In this document: in pieces, positions 1-13,584 of the stretch
Layout of the letters: every line of letters begins with the position of its first letter
How positions within the stretch are numbered: position 1 is the stretch's first letter
Assembly (NCBI GenBank): GCA_965221125.1
Contig: CBDCRW010000007.1
Location: 608,001-672,000, forward strand
From: Alphaproteobacteria bacterium
Lineage (GTDB): Bacteria > Pseudomonadota > Alphaproteobacteria > UBA828
DNA: 64,000 nt
Direction of reading: 5' to 3'
Translations under genes and position numbers: made by a program
Notes under the pieces: generated by a model
What the model was told of the DNA's origin: nothing
What the model saw: only the letters and a program-made list of their open reading frames with translations
Database searches by the model: none

Positions 1-754
1 CGATCAGCACCCAGATCGGGCGCCCGCGCGCCAGCATCGCCAGCACGATGGCGATGAAGCCCGCGCCGCCGGTCATGAAGGGGACGAAGATCCCGGCCCC
101 GATCATCGCCATGTAGGCGCCGCCGAGGCCCGCCATGACGCCGGTGAAGAGCACCGACCACGTGCGCGTCGCGGTCACGCTGATCCCGGCCGCGTCGAGC
201 GCGTCGGGCTTGTCGCCGGCGGCCTGCAGGTTCAGCCCCACGTGGGTCTTGCGGAAGAGCAGCGCGAGCGCCACCACCATGATGACCGCGATGTAGACCA
301 TCGGGTGCCGGGCGAAGAGGCTGGGGCCGATGATCGGGATTTCGCTCAGGCCCGGAATGTCCAGGGTGTCGACCCGCGGCAGGCGCGGATAGGTGCGGCT
401 GAACTGCACGTGGTGGAGGAGGGCGGTGATCCCGTCCGCGCCCAGCGTCAGCGCGATCCCGATCACGATCTGGTTCAGGCCCAGTCGCACGCAGAAGAGC
501 GCCATCAACAGCGCCAGCACGAGGCCCGCCGCCGCGCCCGCGAGGAAGCCCAGCCAGAGCGAGTTCGTGCCGAAGGCCGTGGCGAAGCCGGCGTAGGCGC
601 CGAACAGCATCATCCCCTCGATGCCGATGTTGAGCACGCCGGCCTTCTCGGAGACCTGCTCGCCGAGCCCTGCCAGCAGCAGCGGCACGCCGGCCGCGAC
701 CGCGCCCGCGATCAGCGAGATCAGGAAGGCGTCGCTGAGCAGGCCCTGCGACAT
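1..754 (-). CDS. ABC transporter permease (nucleoside/BMP-type), runs off the window edge
   Basis: Manual translation from ATG at 754: MSQGLLSDAFLISLIAGAVAAGVPLLLAGLGEQVSEKAGVLNIGIEGMML, the EKAGVLNIGIEG motif of this permease family; last gene of the ABC operon. Confidence 0.9.
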   Translation of the reverse strand, partial: MSQGLLSDAFLISLIAGAVAAGVPLLLAGLGEQVSEKAGVLNIGIEGMMLFGAYAGFATAFGTNSLWLGFLAGAAAGLVLALLMALFCVRLGLNQIVIGIALTLGADGITALLHHVQFSRTYPRLPRVDTLDIPGLSEIPIIGPSLFARHPMVYIAVIMVVALALLFRKTHVGLNLQAAGDKPDALDAAGISVTATRTWSVLFTGVMAGLGGAYMAMIGAGIFVPFMTGGAGFIAIVLAMLARGRPIWVLI

Positions 755-756
755 GG

Positions 757-1842
757 TCAGTCCCGCGCCGCCATCTGGCGCCGGTGGCCGAGCCACTCCG
801 TCAGCGCCAGGAAGATCAGCATCAGCGCCACCAGCACCAGGATGAAGTAGTTGGGCAGCCCCGCCTTGCGCGACGCGGTCTCGCCGCCGATGGAGAGCAC
901 GGCGAAGAAGAAGACGAAGCCGATCACGGCGATGCCGTTGAAGCGCGCGAGGAAGACCAGGGGAATGATCATCAGGCCGTAGGCCGGGTTCCAGTCGGCC
1001 CGCACGTTGCCCCAGACGCCGAGAATCTCCACCGCGCCGGCGAGCCCCGCGAGACCCGCGCTCAGCGCGAACACGACGACCATCAGCGCGCCGAGCGGCA
1101 GCCCCACGTGCACGGCCGCGCGCGGGTTCGCGCCGACGAGGCGGAGGCGCAAGCCGAACGCCGTCCGCGTCATCAGCCAGTGGATGAAGAGGATCACCGC
1201 GAGCCCCACGATCACGCCGACGTTGATGGTGCTGCCGAAGAGGCGCGGCAGCCGGTCGTCGGTCGCCAGCGTCTCGGTCTGCGGCACGGTGGTGGTGGGG
1301 TCGTCGAAGGGCAGCTTGATGAGCACGTTGGCCGCGCTTATCCCTAAGAAACTCATCATCAGCGTGGTCACGATCTCGTTCACGCCGTGGTAGGCCTTGA
1401 GCACGGCGGGCAGCAGCGACCAGACCGCGCCCACCGCCATCGCCACGATCATCACCAGCGGCAGCACGAGCCAGACCGGCAGCACCGTGACGAGCGCCGG
1501 CGCCAGCGCAGCCGCGATCACCGCGGCGAGCAGGAACTGCCCGTCGACGCCGAGGTTCCAGAGGCCCGCGCGGAAGGCGACGATCAGGCTCGCGCCGAGC
1601 AGCAGCAGCGGCGCGCAGCGGGTGATCGTGTCCTGCAGGCCGATCCAGCTCAGGAGGCCGCGCTTGATGATGTTGTAGTAGAACGCGCCGGGGTCCGCGC
1701 CGAGCACCAGCAGGATCAGGGCGCCCACGGCGAGCGCGAGCACAATCGGAAGCAGCGCCGCCGCCACCGGCGCGCCCCAGCGGCGCAGCGCGGTCACGCC
1801 GGGGGCGGGCTGCTCGTCATGTGCCGTCGACGCCTGTGCCAT
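757..1842 (-). CDS. ABC transporter permease (nucleoside/BMP-type)
   Basis: C-terminal part of ORF 757..3081 from MAQASTAH; FRAGLWNLGVDGQ and GVNEIVTTLM motifs; many TM segments. Confidence 0.9.
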   Translation of the reverse strand: MAQASTAHDEQPAPGVTALRRWGAPVAAALLPIVLALAVGALILLVLGADPGAFYYNIIKRGLLSWIGLQDTITRCAPLLLLGASLIVAFRAGLWNLGVDGQFLLAAVIAAALAPALVTVLPVWLVLPLVMIVAMAVGAVWSLLPAVLKAYHGVNEIVTTLMMSFLGISAANVLIKLPFDDPTTTVPQTETLATDDRLPRLFGSTINVGVIVGLAVILFIHWLMTRTAFGLRLRLVGANPRAAVHVGLPLGALMVVVFALSAGLAGLAGAVEILGVWGNVRADWNPAYGLMIIPLVFLARFNGIAVIGFVFFFAVLSIGGETASRKAGLPNYFILVLVALMLIFLALTEWLGHRRQMAARD

Positions 1843-1847
1843 CGCGC

Positions 1848-3431
1848 TCAGGCCCCGGCGCCGACCCCGATCATGAGCTCGCCGACCCGGCGCGCCGCGT
1901 CGCCGTCGTTCTCCACGATGCCGACCATGCGGCCGTCGAGCATCACCCCGATGCGGTCCGCAAGCTCCAGGATCTCGTCGAGGTCCGTCGAAATCAGGAT
2001 CGTGGCCACGCCCTCGTCGGCGCGCTCGCAGATCGCGAGCCGCGCGCGGCGTATGTTGTTCAGGTCGAGCCCATAGGTGGGCTTGTTGTAGATGACGGCC
2101 GTCGGCCGGTCGTCGAGCTCGCGGGCGAGCAGCGCCTTCTGCACGTTGCCGCCGGAGAGATGCCCGAGCGGAGTGTTCGGCCCCGGCACGCGCACGTCGT
2201 GCTCGGCGATGAGCCCCTTCGCATGGCGCTCCACCTCGGCGTTCCGGATGATGCCGTGGCGCCAGAACGGCTCGTCGCCGATGCGCTTCAGCAGCAGATT
2301 GAGGCCGACGGGAAAGGCGGAGACCGTGCCCTCGCCGAGCCGGTCGTCGGTCACGTAGCGGAGCCCCGCGTGCTGGCGCTGGCGCACGCTCAGCCCCTCG
2401 ATCGCCTCGCCGTCGAGCACGATGCGGCCCGCATCCGCCGGGCGCTGGCCTGCGATCGCTTCGGCGAGCTGCTTCTGGCCGTTGCCGTCCACGCCTGCGA
2501 TCCCGAAAATTTCCCCTTCGCGCACCTGGAAGCTCACGCCCGCATCGCCGGCCGCCGCCGGGCTGCCGGCGGGGCGGAGGCCGTCCACCGCGATCACCAC
2601 GCGCGCGCCCGGCGCGGCGTTCCGCTGCGCGCGGCTCCGCTCCTGCACCGTGCCGTCGGCGGCCGCGCCGAACATCAGGTCGACGATGTGGTCGATGGCC
2701 TCCTGCGGCGCGAGCCCGGAAAGCGTCTCCGGCGCGAGCGAGCCGACCTTGCGGCCGAGCCTCAGCACCGTGACCCGGTCGCCGAAGCTCACCGCCTCGT
2801 GCAGCTTGTGGGTGATGAAGAGGACGGCGATCCCCGCGTCGCTGAGCCGCCCGATCACGCGGCCCAGGTCTTCGACGCCCTGCGGCGTCAGCATCGAGGT
2901 CGCCTCGTCGAGAATCAGCACGCTCTCGCCGCGCCACAGCGCCTTGACGATCTCGACGAGCTGCTGCTGGCCGAGCGAGAGCGAGCCGAGCGGCGCGTCC
3001 TCCGGCAGCGCGATTCCGAGTAGCGCGGTGATCTCGCCGAGCCTCGCGCGCGTGGCCGCCCGGTTCATGGGCGCCCGCCACGAGGCCCCCAGCATCAGGT
3101 TCTCGAGCACGGTCAGCGTCGGCACCAGGGTCGGGTGCTGGTAGACGGTGCCGATGCCGAGGTCGAGCGCGGTGCGCGGGCTCGCGATCCTGGTCTCGCG
3201 GCCGCGAACCTCGATGACGCCCGCGTCCGGCCGCTGCATGCCGGAGAGAATCGAGATCAGCGTCGACTTGCCCGCGCCGTTTTCGCCCAGCAGTGCGTGA
3301 ACCTCGCCCGGATAGACGGCGAGCGAGACCGCGTCGTTGGCGACGACTCCGGGGAAACGCTTGGTGATGTCCCGCAGCGCGACGATCGGCTCGGCCGCGC
3401 CGCCGGCGGTCTCAAGGGAGCCGGACGCCAT
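1848..3431 (-). CDS. ABC transporter ATP-binding protein with two ATPase domains
   Basis: Walker A GENGAGKST, second domain GVDGNGQ and LSGGNVQK, ISTDLDEI. Confidence 0.95.
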   Translation of the reverse strand: MASGSLETAGGAAEPIVALRDITKRFPGVVANDAVSLAVYPGEVHALLGENGAGKSTLISILSGMQRPDAGVIEVRGRETRIASPRTALDLGIGTVYQHPTLVPTLTVLENLMLGASWRAPMNRAATRARLGEITALLGIALPEDAPLGSLSLGQQQLVEIVKALWRGESVLILDEATSMLTPQGVEDLGRVIGRLSDAGIAVLFITHKLHEAVSFGDRVTVLRLGRKVGSLAPETLSGLAPQEAIDHIVDLMFGAAADGTVQERSRAQRNAAPGARVVIAVDGLRPAGSPAAAGDAGVSFQVREGEIFGIAGVDGNGQKQLAEAIAGQRPADAGRIVLDGEAIEGLSVRQRQHAGLRYVTDDRLGEGTVSAFPVGLNLLLKRIGDEPFWRHGIIRNAEVERHAKGLIAEHDVRVPGPNTPLGHLSGGNVQKALLARELDDRPTAVIYNKPTYGLDLNNIRRARLAICERADEGVATILISTDLDEILELADRIGVMLDGRMVGIVENDGDAARRVGELMIGVGAGA

Positions 3432-3555
3432 GGTCAGACCACATGCTCCCCGTCATGCCCGGCGGCGCCGAACTCGCCGCCGGGAACGGTGCGGGCACGC
3501 CCGGCGGTCAGGAAACTTCGTCCCGCCGCCGGGCGCGGCCCGTGCTCCGTGTGCG

Positions 3556-4599
3556 TTACTCGGCCGCCTCGACCGACGACATCAGGGCGCGCACTTCCGT
3601 CGCCTCCCAGATCGCGGGCACCTCGATCTCGCCCGCGATGATCTTGGCCCGGGTGTCCATCAGCCCGGCCCACATGTCGTCGGAGATATGCGCCGTCCGC
3701 AAGAGCTGCACCGAATCGTCGGCGAGCTGGATGGCGTAGCCGACCGTGCCGAACGTGCCGCTCTTCAGGTCCTCGACCATGGCGGTGTAGACCGGCACGA
3801 GGTTCCAGATCACCGACGAGAGCAGGTGGCCCTTGTCGATCTCGCTCTTGTCGCCGATCACGTCGATGAACAGCACCTTGCCGCCGTCGGAGGCAGGCAC
3901 CGTCTCCACCGCCTGGAGCATGCCGAAGGTCGACCCGTCGCCCTGGCCGAAGACGATGTCGGCGCCGGCCGCGATCACCGATTCCGTGACCCGCTTGCCG
4001 CCCGCAGCGTCGGCATAGGCCGCCGGTCCGATCACCGCGTAGAGCAGGTTCACGTCCGGATTCGCCGCGCGGGCGCCCATGGCGAAGCCGGCGGACTGCG
4101 AGTTCCACGAGGGCGGCTCGCCGGAGACGACGATGCCGAGCGTGCCGCTGCGCGAGAGCTGCGCTGCCAGCATGCCGGCCATATAGGCGCCGTCATGGCC
4201 GCTCAGCGTGTAGTCCGCGACGAGGCCCGCCACCACGTCTTCCGGCCGGTCGACGATCGCGACCGCAACCCCGGTCTCGTGCGCGATCTCCGGCGCCGCC
4301 GTGTTGTAGCCGCTGGCGTGCGCGATCATCAGGTCGGCGCCTTCCGCCGCGAGCTCGCGCAGCGTCGGGCGCACGTCGCCGTAGCCGAGGCCCTCGGCCG
4401 CGATCACCTCGAGGCCCATGGCCTCGCCGACCGCGCGGGTCGCGTCGACGCCCTGCTGGTTCCAGCCGTAGTCAGTGCCCTGCTCGGGCACCAGCACGGC
4501 AATGGTGTCGATCTCCTGCGCCTGCGTGCCGGTGACGACCGCGGCCAAGCCGACCGCTGCCACCGCCGACAACGCAATTCTGTGCCACTTCGCTGCCAT
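3556..4599 (-). CDS. BMP family ABC substrate-binding protein (probable purine/nucleoside binding)
   Basis: N-terminal signal peptide, DYGWNQQG motif, first gene of the ABC operon. Confidence 0.88.
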   Translation of the reverse strand: MAAKWHRIALSAVAAVGLAAVVTGTQAQEIDTIAVLVPEQGTDYGWNQQGVDATRAVGEAMGLEVIAAEGLGYGDVRPTLRELAAEGADLMIAHASGYNTAAPEIAHETGVAVAIVDRPEDVVAGLVADYTLSGHDGAYMAGMLAAQLSRSGTLGIVVSGEPPSWNSQSAGFAMGARAANPDVNLLYAVIGPAAYADAAGGKRVTESVIAAGADIVFGQGDGSTFGMLQAVETVPASDGGKVLFIDVIGDKSEIDKGHLLSSVIWNLVPVYTAMVEDLKSGTFGTVGYAIQLADDSVQLLRTAHISDDMWAGLMDTRAKIIAGEIEVPAIWEATEVRALMSSVEAAE

Positions 4600-4917
4600 C
4601 GTCTCTTCTCTCCTCTATGGCCGCCGACGCAGCCCATTGCCATGTCGGCCCGGTCCGTCTTCGAATTGAGTGCGCGCAATTCCCGTGTTTCGTGCGCCGG
4701 GGCGGCATCGCTCCCGCCATCCGGCACGTGGTCTCGTTCTTCTTCTCCGCCGCGCCGCGATTGCCGCCAATCCCCGGCGCGGTCGGCACCAATCAGGATA
4801 ACACCGATGATCGCCGCCTGCCAAAACGCGCAAGCGGTGCGCGCACGGCCCGTCGCGCGTCGAGGATGGGGCAGGGGAGCCGCGCCGCCCGCTCTCCGGG
4901 CCGGCGCGAGAGAGACC

Positions 4918-5391
4918 CTAAAGCGTGGCGCTGAGCGCCTTCGCCGCCTCGATCTCCTCGGCGGTCATGAGGCCCGCGACCGAATCGAGGATGAGCTGCA
5001 CGTTCGGGCTCTTCTTCTCGGCGGCGCGGAGAAGCCAGGCGTAGGCGCGCACGAGGTCGCGCGGCACGTGGATGCCCTCCACGTAGATCCTGCCCAGCAG
5101 GATCTGCGCTTCCGCCACCCCGGCGCTGGCCGCCTGCTCGTACCAGGGAACCGCGCCGGCAGGCTCGCCCTTGATCTGAAACGCCATGCCGAGCGCGTAG
5201 GCGGCCTGAAAGTCGCCGGCTTCCGCCAGCGGCTGCCATTCGCGGATCGCCGTCTCGTAGTCGCCGGCGGTGTACGCCTGCCAGCCCGCCTGCATGTTGG
5301 CACGCGCGCCGGCAGGCGCGAGAAGCAGGCTCACGGCAAACGCAACCGAGATCGCAACGCCGGCGCGCCGGCGCTGCCGCCCGTACGGCAT
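4918..5391 (-). CDS. Secreted Sel1-like repeat protein
   Basis: Signal peptide, then AGDYETAIREWQPLAEAGD, AQILLGRIYVEGIHVPRDLVRAYAW Sel1 repeats; start at MPYGRQ inferred. Confidence 0.85.
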   Translation of the reverse strand: MPYGRQRRRAGVAISVAFAVSLLLAPAGARANMQAGWQAYTAGDYETAIREWQPLAEAGDFQAAYALGMAFQIKGEPAGAVPWYEQAASAGVAEAQILLGRIYVEGIHVPRDLVRAYAWLLRAAEKKSPNVQLILDSVAGLMTAEEIEAAKALSATL

Positions 5392-5408
5392 GACGAATCC
5401 TGCGGGTT

Positions 5409-5576
5409 CTACTTTATCTTCGCTTCCTTGAAGACCACGTGCTTGCGGGCCACGGGGTCGAACTTGCGGAGCGAGAGCTTCTCGGTCTGGCTGCGCGGGT
5501 TCTTGCGCGTCGTGTAGTAGAACCCCGTACCCGCCGAGCTGACGAGCTTGATCAGGATGCTGTTGGCCTTGGCCAT
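5409..5576 (-). CDS. rpmG: 50S ribosomal protein L33
   Basis: Manual translation (not in the ORF track): [55 protein letters not shown]. Confidence 0.97.
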   Translation of the reverse strand: MAKANSILIKLVSSAGTGFYYTTRKNPRSQTEKLSLRKFDPVARKHVVFKEAKIK

Positions 5577-5694
5577 TGTATTCGCTCGGCTCTTGCTGAT
5601 GTCGCGGACGCGGCGACATTAGCGCGTGGTTGCGCGCTGTCAAGCGGCGGGGCGGGAATGGCGCCCGGCCGTGAAGGGTATTGCCGCTGTTCGG

Positions 5695-6237
5695 TCAGGC
5701 TTCGTCCAGCAGCACGAGGTCGCCGTTCTCGTCGAGGCCGATGCCGTGGCTCCGCCCTTCCTCGATGGTCTCCTCGGGCCAATGCACCTTGCCCGGATCG
5801 GTGCCGCCGACCACCGCCAGCATGAGCGCGGTGTCGTCGCCCGCGTTGCGAAAGCCCCGGCTCGCGCCGATGGGGACCGAGACGGTGTCGTAGGGCTCGA
5901 GCACGACCTCGTGGCGCTGGCCGTCGCTGTTCTGCCAGTAGATGCCCCACTTGCCGGTGAGCGGGATGAACACCTCGTTGGTCTCGTGAATGTGCAGCGA
6001 GGCGCCCTTGCCGGGTTCGGCCTTGATGAGGCCCACGTTGAAGTCGCGGTTGTCGCTGATCGGCGGCCTCAGCTCCTTGTCCTCGACCACGCCGCGGCCG
6101 ATGATGTTGTAGATGTCCCGCTCGTAGCCTGGGATCAGCGCGTCGACGAACGCGTGCGCGCTCGACTTCAGGTCCTTGAAGCGCGCGACTCGCTCGCTCT
6201 CCATGTACTCGGGCGTGACGTCGATCCGTTCCACCAT
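5695..6237 (-). CDS. Cupin domain protein
   Basis: From MVERIDVTPEY; cupin motifs GASLHIHETNEVF and DTVSVPIGASRGFRN. Confidence 0.85.
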   Translation of the reverse strand: MVERIDVTPEYMESERVARFKDLKSSAHAFVDALIPGYERDIYNIIGRGVVEDKELRPPISDNRDFNVGLIKAEPGKGASLHIHETNEVFIPLTGKWGIYWQNSDGQRHEVVLEPYDTVSVPIGASRGFRNAGDDTALMLAVVGGTDPGKVHWPEETIEEGRSHGIGLDENGDLVLLDEA

Positions 6238-6299
6238 GGCATAGCTCCCTGCTGGTGCGCACCGTTCGTCGCCGGTGAAGCCGGAGGCCCGGCTCCGGG

Positions 6300-6950
6300 C
6301 TAGTAGAGTTCGGTGCGATAGTTCTCCTCGACGAACTCGTCTGTCTCCTTCACCGTCTCCTCCGTGGGCGGCTCCTCCGGCGGCGCGGTCTGCTCCAGGA
6401 TCATGCGGCCGAGCGACGGTATCTCGCGGCGGTCCTGCCTGCTCTCCTCGTCCCACAGCCGCGAGCGCTTGAACGCCTTGGCGCAGTGCAGGAAGGCCTC
6501 CTCGACCTCGACCCTGATGCCCACCTTCGGCTCCTTGCCGTTCACGACCGCGGCCTCCGCCAGCTTGTCGTCGCGAAAGATGGTCGCCTTGCCGTTCACG
6601 CGCAGCGTGTCGTCGAAGCCGGGAACGAGGAAGAGCAGGCCGACGTTCGGGTTCTCGATGATGTTGGTCATCGTATCGAGACGGTTGTTGCCGGGCCGGT
6701 CGGGAATGAAGAGCGTGTTGTCGTCCAGGATCTGGACGAATCCGGGCGGGTCGCCGCGCGGCGAGACGTCGGCGCGGCCGCTCTCGCCGCTGGTGCCGAT
6801 GCAGAGGAAGGGCGAGCGCTCGATGAACGCCTTGCAGTGCTTGTCCAGCGAGGGGATGCACTTCTTCACCGAGATTTCCATGGTCTCGCCCATGGTCTCG
6901 CGCAGGTCGGCCTCGTCCCGGTAGGTCCGTCCCTGTTCGTGTCCGTCCAT
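6300..6950 (-). CDS. Pyridoxamine 5'-phosphate oxidase-like FMN-binding protein (MSMEG_1061-like)
   Basis: DVSPRGDPPGFV, PDRPGNNRLD, LRVNG, HCAKAFKRSRLW motifs; start MDGHEQ. Confidence 0.88.
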   Translation of the reverse strand: MDGHEQGRTYRDEADLRETMGETMEISVKKCIPSLDKHCKAFIERSPFLCIGTSGESGRADVSPRGDPPGFVQILDDNTLFIPDRPGNNRLDTMTNIIENPNVGLLFLVPGFDDTLRVNGKATIFRDDKLAEAAVVNGKEPKVGIRVEVEEAFLHCAKAFKRSRLWDEESRQDRREIPSLGRMILEQTAPPEEPPTEETVKETDEFVEENYRTELY

Positions 6951-7068
6951 GGCATCAAGCTCCCCGTGCGCTCGGCGGATCGGAGACTTTAGCAAAGCAT
7001 GGCCGGCAAGGCACGGCCGATCCAACTGAATCCGTCTACGCTGGAGCGCGTCCGCCTTCGACGGACGC

Positions 7069-7191
7069 GCGACAGGCCGCGAGAGCGGCCCGCCGCGCAT
7101 GCGGCGCGCCCGCGCAGGCGCCGGCTGAAAGCCGGCTGCCGTGAGCGAAAAATTCGAAGAGCGTTTCCGTGCAAAACGGAAACGCTCTTCG
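7069..7191. repeat. Dispersed intergenic repeat, copy 1, ending in a perfect 16-bp-stem hairpin
   Basis: Shares GCGACAGGCCGCGA(G/C)AGCGGCCCGCCGCG(C/T)ATGCGGCGC with the copy at 58363, and CTGCCGTGAGCGA plus AGAGCGTTTCCGTGCAAAACGGAAACGCTCT with the copy at ~44276-44382. Confidence 0.85.
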
Positions 7192-7270
7192 CGGCGATGG
7201 GTGACGGCCGCGCCGGGCTGTGGCATCTATCGGTTGTCCCCGTCCTGCATCGATTCGCGGTGGTATCGCC

Positions 7271-10744
<3,474 letters not shown>

Positions 10745-10811
10745 CTTCCCTTCGGGCCTTGCGCGCCGGGGGCGCCGGCGTTATCAAGCGCCCACCTGCA
10801 TTGCGCAGGAA

Positions 10812-10900
10812 TTCACACGCGGAAGACGGCTCGCAGGCGTTGCGTGCCGATCCGGTGCCCGGCCAGTCCGGCGCATGATCCGCGGAGGAGGAACCGGAGA
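10812..10900 (+). promoter_or_regulatory. rpsB 5' leader, probable S2 autoregulatory element
   Basis: Non-coding leader with CACACGC...CCGGTGC...GCGGAGG elements directly upstream of rpsB; fold not computed. Confidence 0.5.
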
Positions 10901-10911
10901 AAGGACAGCCA

Positions 10912-11871
10912 ATGGCTTTGCCAGAATTCAGCATGCGCCAGCTCCTCGAGGCCGGCGTGCATTTCGGCCATCAGACGCGGCGCTGGAACCCGAAGATGCG
11001 CCCCTACCTGTTCGGCGCGCGGAACGGCGTTCACGTCATCGATCTGGAGCAGACGGTGCCCCTGCTGCACCAGGCGCTGGTCTCGCTGCGGGACGTGGCA
11101 GCGGGCGGCGGGCGCATCCTCTTCGTCGGCACCAAGCGGCAGGCCTCCCGGCCCATCGCCGAGACCGCCAAGCGCTGCGGCCAGTACTACGTCAACCACC
11201 GCTGGCTGGGCGGAATGCTGACGAACTGGAAGGCTATCTCCGGCTCGATCAAGACGCTCGCCGATCTCGAAGCGACGCTCGCCGACGAGGCCGCCGGCCT
11301 GACCAAGAAGGAGATGCTGCAGCTCGTCCGCCGCCGCAACAAGCTCGATCTCGCTCTGGGCGGCATCCGCGATATGGGCGGCGTGCCCGACATGCTCGTG
11401 GTGATCGACACGAACAAGGAAGACATCGCGATTCTCGAGGCGCGCAAGCTCGGCATCCCGGTGGTCGCGATCATCGACAGCAACTGCGATCCCGACCTCA
11501 TCACCCACCCCATTCCGGGCAACGACGACGCGATCCGCGCGATCAACCTCTATTGCGACCTGTTCGCCCGCGCGGTCATCGACGGCCTGCAGGAGGAGCT
11601 TGCCGCCTCGGGCGCCGACATCGGCGCTGCCGAAGAGGGACTGGCGGAGGACCTGCCGCCGAGCGATGGCGCCGCGGCCGAAGCCGCCGGAGCGGCCGAG
11701 GAAGCGTCGGCCAATGGCGACGCAGCCGCAGAGGGCTCCGCCGCGGAAGCCGCCGCCGAGGCGCCCGTCGAGGCCGAGGCGGCGCCGGCGGAGGCGCCGG
11801 ACGCGCCTCCCGCACCCGATGCGGCGGACGCGGCCGAGGGCGGCGGGGAAGAACAGACGGCGGGCGCCTGA
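10912..11871 (+). CDS. rpsB: 30S ribosomal protein S2 with an acidic Ala/Glu-rich C-terminal tail
   Basis: [37 protein letters not shown]. Confidence 0.98.
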   Translation: MALPEFSMRQLLEAGVHFGHQTRRWNPKMRPYLFGARNGVHVIDLEQTVPLLHQALVSLRDVAAGGGRILFVGTKRQASRPIAETAKRCGQYYVNHRWLGGMLTNWKAISGSIKTLADLEATLADEAAGLTKKEMLQLVRRRNKLDLALGGIRDMGGVPDMLVVIDTNKEDIAILEARKLGIPVVAIIDSNCDPDLITHPIPGNDDAIRAINLYCDLFARAVIDGLQEELAASGADIGAAEEGLAEDLPPSDGAAAEAAGAAEEASANGDAAAEGSAAEAAAEAPVEAEAAPAEAPDAPPAPDAADAAEGGGEEQTAGA

Positions 11872-11900
11872 GCGCGTCCCGGACCGGGGAGTAGAGAACG

Positions 11901-12827
11901 ATGGCTCAGATCACGGCCGCGCTGGTCAAGCAGCTCCGCGACAAGACCGGCGCCGGCATGATGGATTGCAAGAAGGCGCTGACCGAAACGGAAGGCGAGC
12001 TTGAAGCCGCGGTCGACTGGCTGCGCAAGAGCGGCCTCGCCCAGGCCGCCCGCAAGGCCGGCCGCACCGCCGCGGAAGGGCTGATCGGGATGGCGACTGC
12101 GCCCGGCAGGGCGGCGATGGTCGAGATCAACGCCGAGACGGATTTCGTCGCGCGCAACGCCGACTTCCAGGCGGTGGTGCGCGAGGTCGCGACGATCGCG
12201 CTGGACTGCGAGGGCGACGTCGAGCGCCTGTCGGCGGCGTCCTATCCCGGCACCGGCCGCACCGTCGCCGAGGAGATCACCAACCTCATCGCCACCATCG
12301 GCGAGAACATCCAGCTCAGGCGCACGGTCGTGCTTTCGACGCCGGCGGGCGTCGTCGGCGACTACATCCACATGCCCACGTCGGAGGGCTTGGGCCGCCT
12401 CGGCGTGCTGGTCGCCGTGGACTCCGATGCGCCGGCGGACAGCCTGGAGCGCCCCGCCCACGAGCTTGCCATGCACATCGCCGCCGCCAGCCCGCAGGCG
12501 GTCTCTCAAGACGCGCTCGACCAGGCGATGGTGGAGCGCGAGCGTGCCGTCCTCGCGGAACAGGCGCGCGCCGAGGGCAAGCCCGAAAAAATCATCGAGA
12601 AGATGATCGAGGGCAGGCTGCGCAAGTTCTTCGAGGAGGTCGTTCTCCTGGAGCAGGTCTGGGTCATCGACGGCGAGACCAGGGTGAAGGCGGTGCTGGA
12701 GTCGCTGGCCGGCACGCTCGATACCCCCGTCGCGGTGAGCGGCTTCGTCCGCTACCAGCTCGGCGAAGGAATCGAACGGGAGAGCAAGGATTTTGCGGCC
12801 GAAGTCGCCGCACAACTGGAGTCCTGA
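11901..12827 (+). CDS. tsf: Elongation factor Ts
   Basis: [28 protein letters not shown]. Confidence 0.98.
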   Translation: MAQITAALVKQLRDKTGAGMMDCKKALTETEGELEAAVDWLRKSGLAQAARKAGRTAAEGLIGMATAPGRAAMVEINAETDFVARNADFQAVVREVATIALDCEGDVERLSAASYPGTGRTVAEEITNLIATIGENIQLRRTVVLSTPAGVVGDYIHMPTSEGLGRLGVLVAVDSDAPADSLERPAHELAMHIAAASPQAVSQDALDQAMVERERAVLAEQARAEGKPEKIIEKMIEGRLRKFFEEVVLLEQVWVIDGETRVKAVLESLAGTLDTPVAVSGFVRYQLGEGIERESKDFAAEVAAQLES

Positions 12828-12854
12828 GACACTGCCCATGCGAGTGAGCCCGCG

Positions 12855-13574
12855 ATGACCGCCTCTCCCCGATACAAGCGCATCCTCCTGAAGATTTCCG
12901 GGGAGGCGCTGAGGGGAGACGCGCCTTACGGCATCGACGGCGAGGCGGTGGATCGCCTCGCGGGCGAGATCGCCGAGGTTCAGGAGAGCGGCGTGGAGAT
13001 CTGCGCCGTGGTCGGCGGCGGCAACATCTTCCGCGGCTCGTCGGACGCCGCCGCCGGCATGGAGCGGGCGACCGCCGACTACATCGGCATGCTGGCGACG
13101 GTGATGAACGCGGTCGCCATGCAGCACGCGCTGGAGAAGCGCGGCAAGGCGACGCGGGTGCTCTCCGCGCTCCCCATCGCGCCGGTCTGCGAGCCCTACA
13201 TCCGCCGGCGCGGCCAGCGCCACCTGGAGAAGGGGCGGATCGTGCTTTTCGCCGGCGGCACCGGCAATCCCTTCTTCACCACCGATACCGCCGCGGCGTT
13301 GCGGGCTGCGGAGATGGGGTGCGACGCGCTGCTCAAGGGCACCAAGGTGGACGGCATCTACGCCGCCGATCCCGAGGTCGTCGCCGGTGCCGAGCGCTTC
13401 GAGCGGCTCTCGTATCTGGAGGTTCTGTCGAAGGACCTGAAGGCCATGGACGCGTCGGCGATCTCGCTGGCGCGGGAAAACGACATTCCGATTGTGGTAT
13501 TCTCCATCCGCGAGAAGGGTGGGCTCGCCGCCGTGCTGGCCGGGGACGGACCCTTCACCGTCATCTCTGACTAG
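12855..13574 (+). CDS. pyrH: UMP kinase
   Basis: [29 protein letters not shown]. Confidence 0.98.
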   Translation: MTASPRYKRILLKISGEALRGDAPYGIDGEAVDRLAGEIAEVQESGVEICAVVGGGNIFRGSSDAAAGMERATADYIGMLATVMNAVAMQHALEKRGKATRVLSALPIAPVCEPYIRRRGQRHLEKGRIVLFAGGTGNPFFTTDTAAALRAAEMGCDALLKGTKVDGIYAADPEVVAGAERFERLSYLEVLSKDLKAMDASAISLARENDIPIVVFSIREKGGLAAVLAGDGPFTVISD

Positions 13575-13584
13575 GGCTGTCGCG

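Noticed and set aside
11600-11871. Low-complexity Ala/Glu tail of RpsB as a novelty
   Set aside because: Acidic C-terminal extensions of S2 are common in alphaproteobacteria
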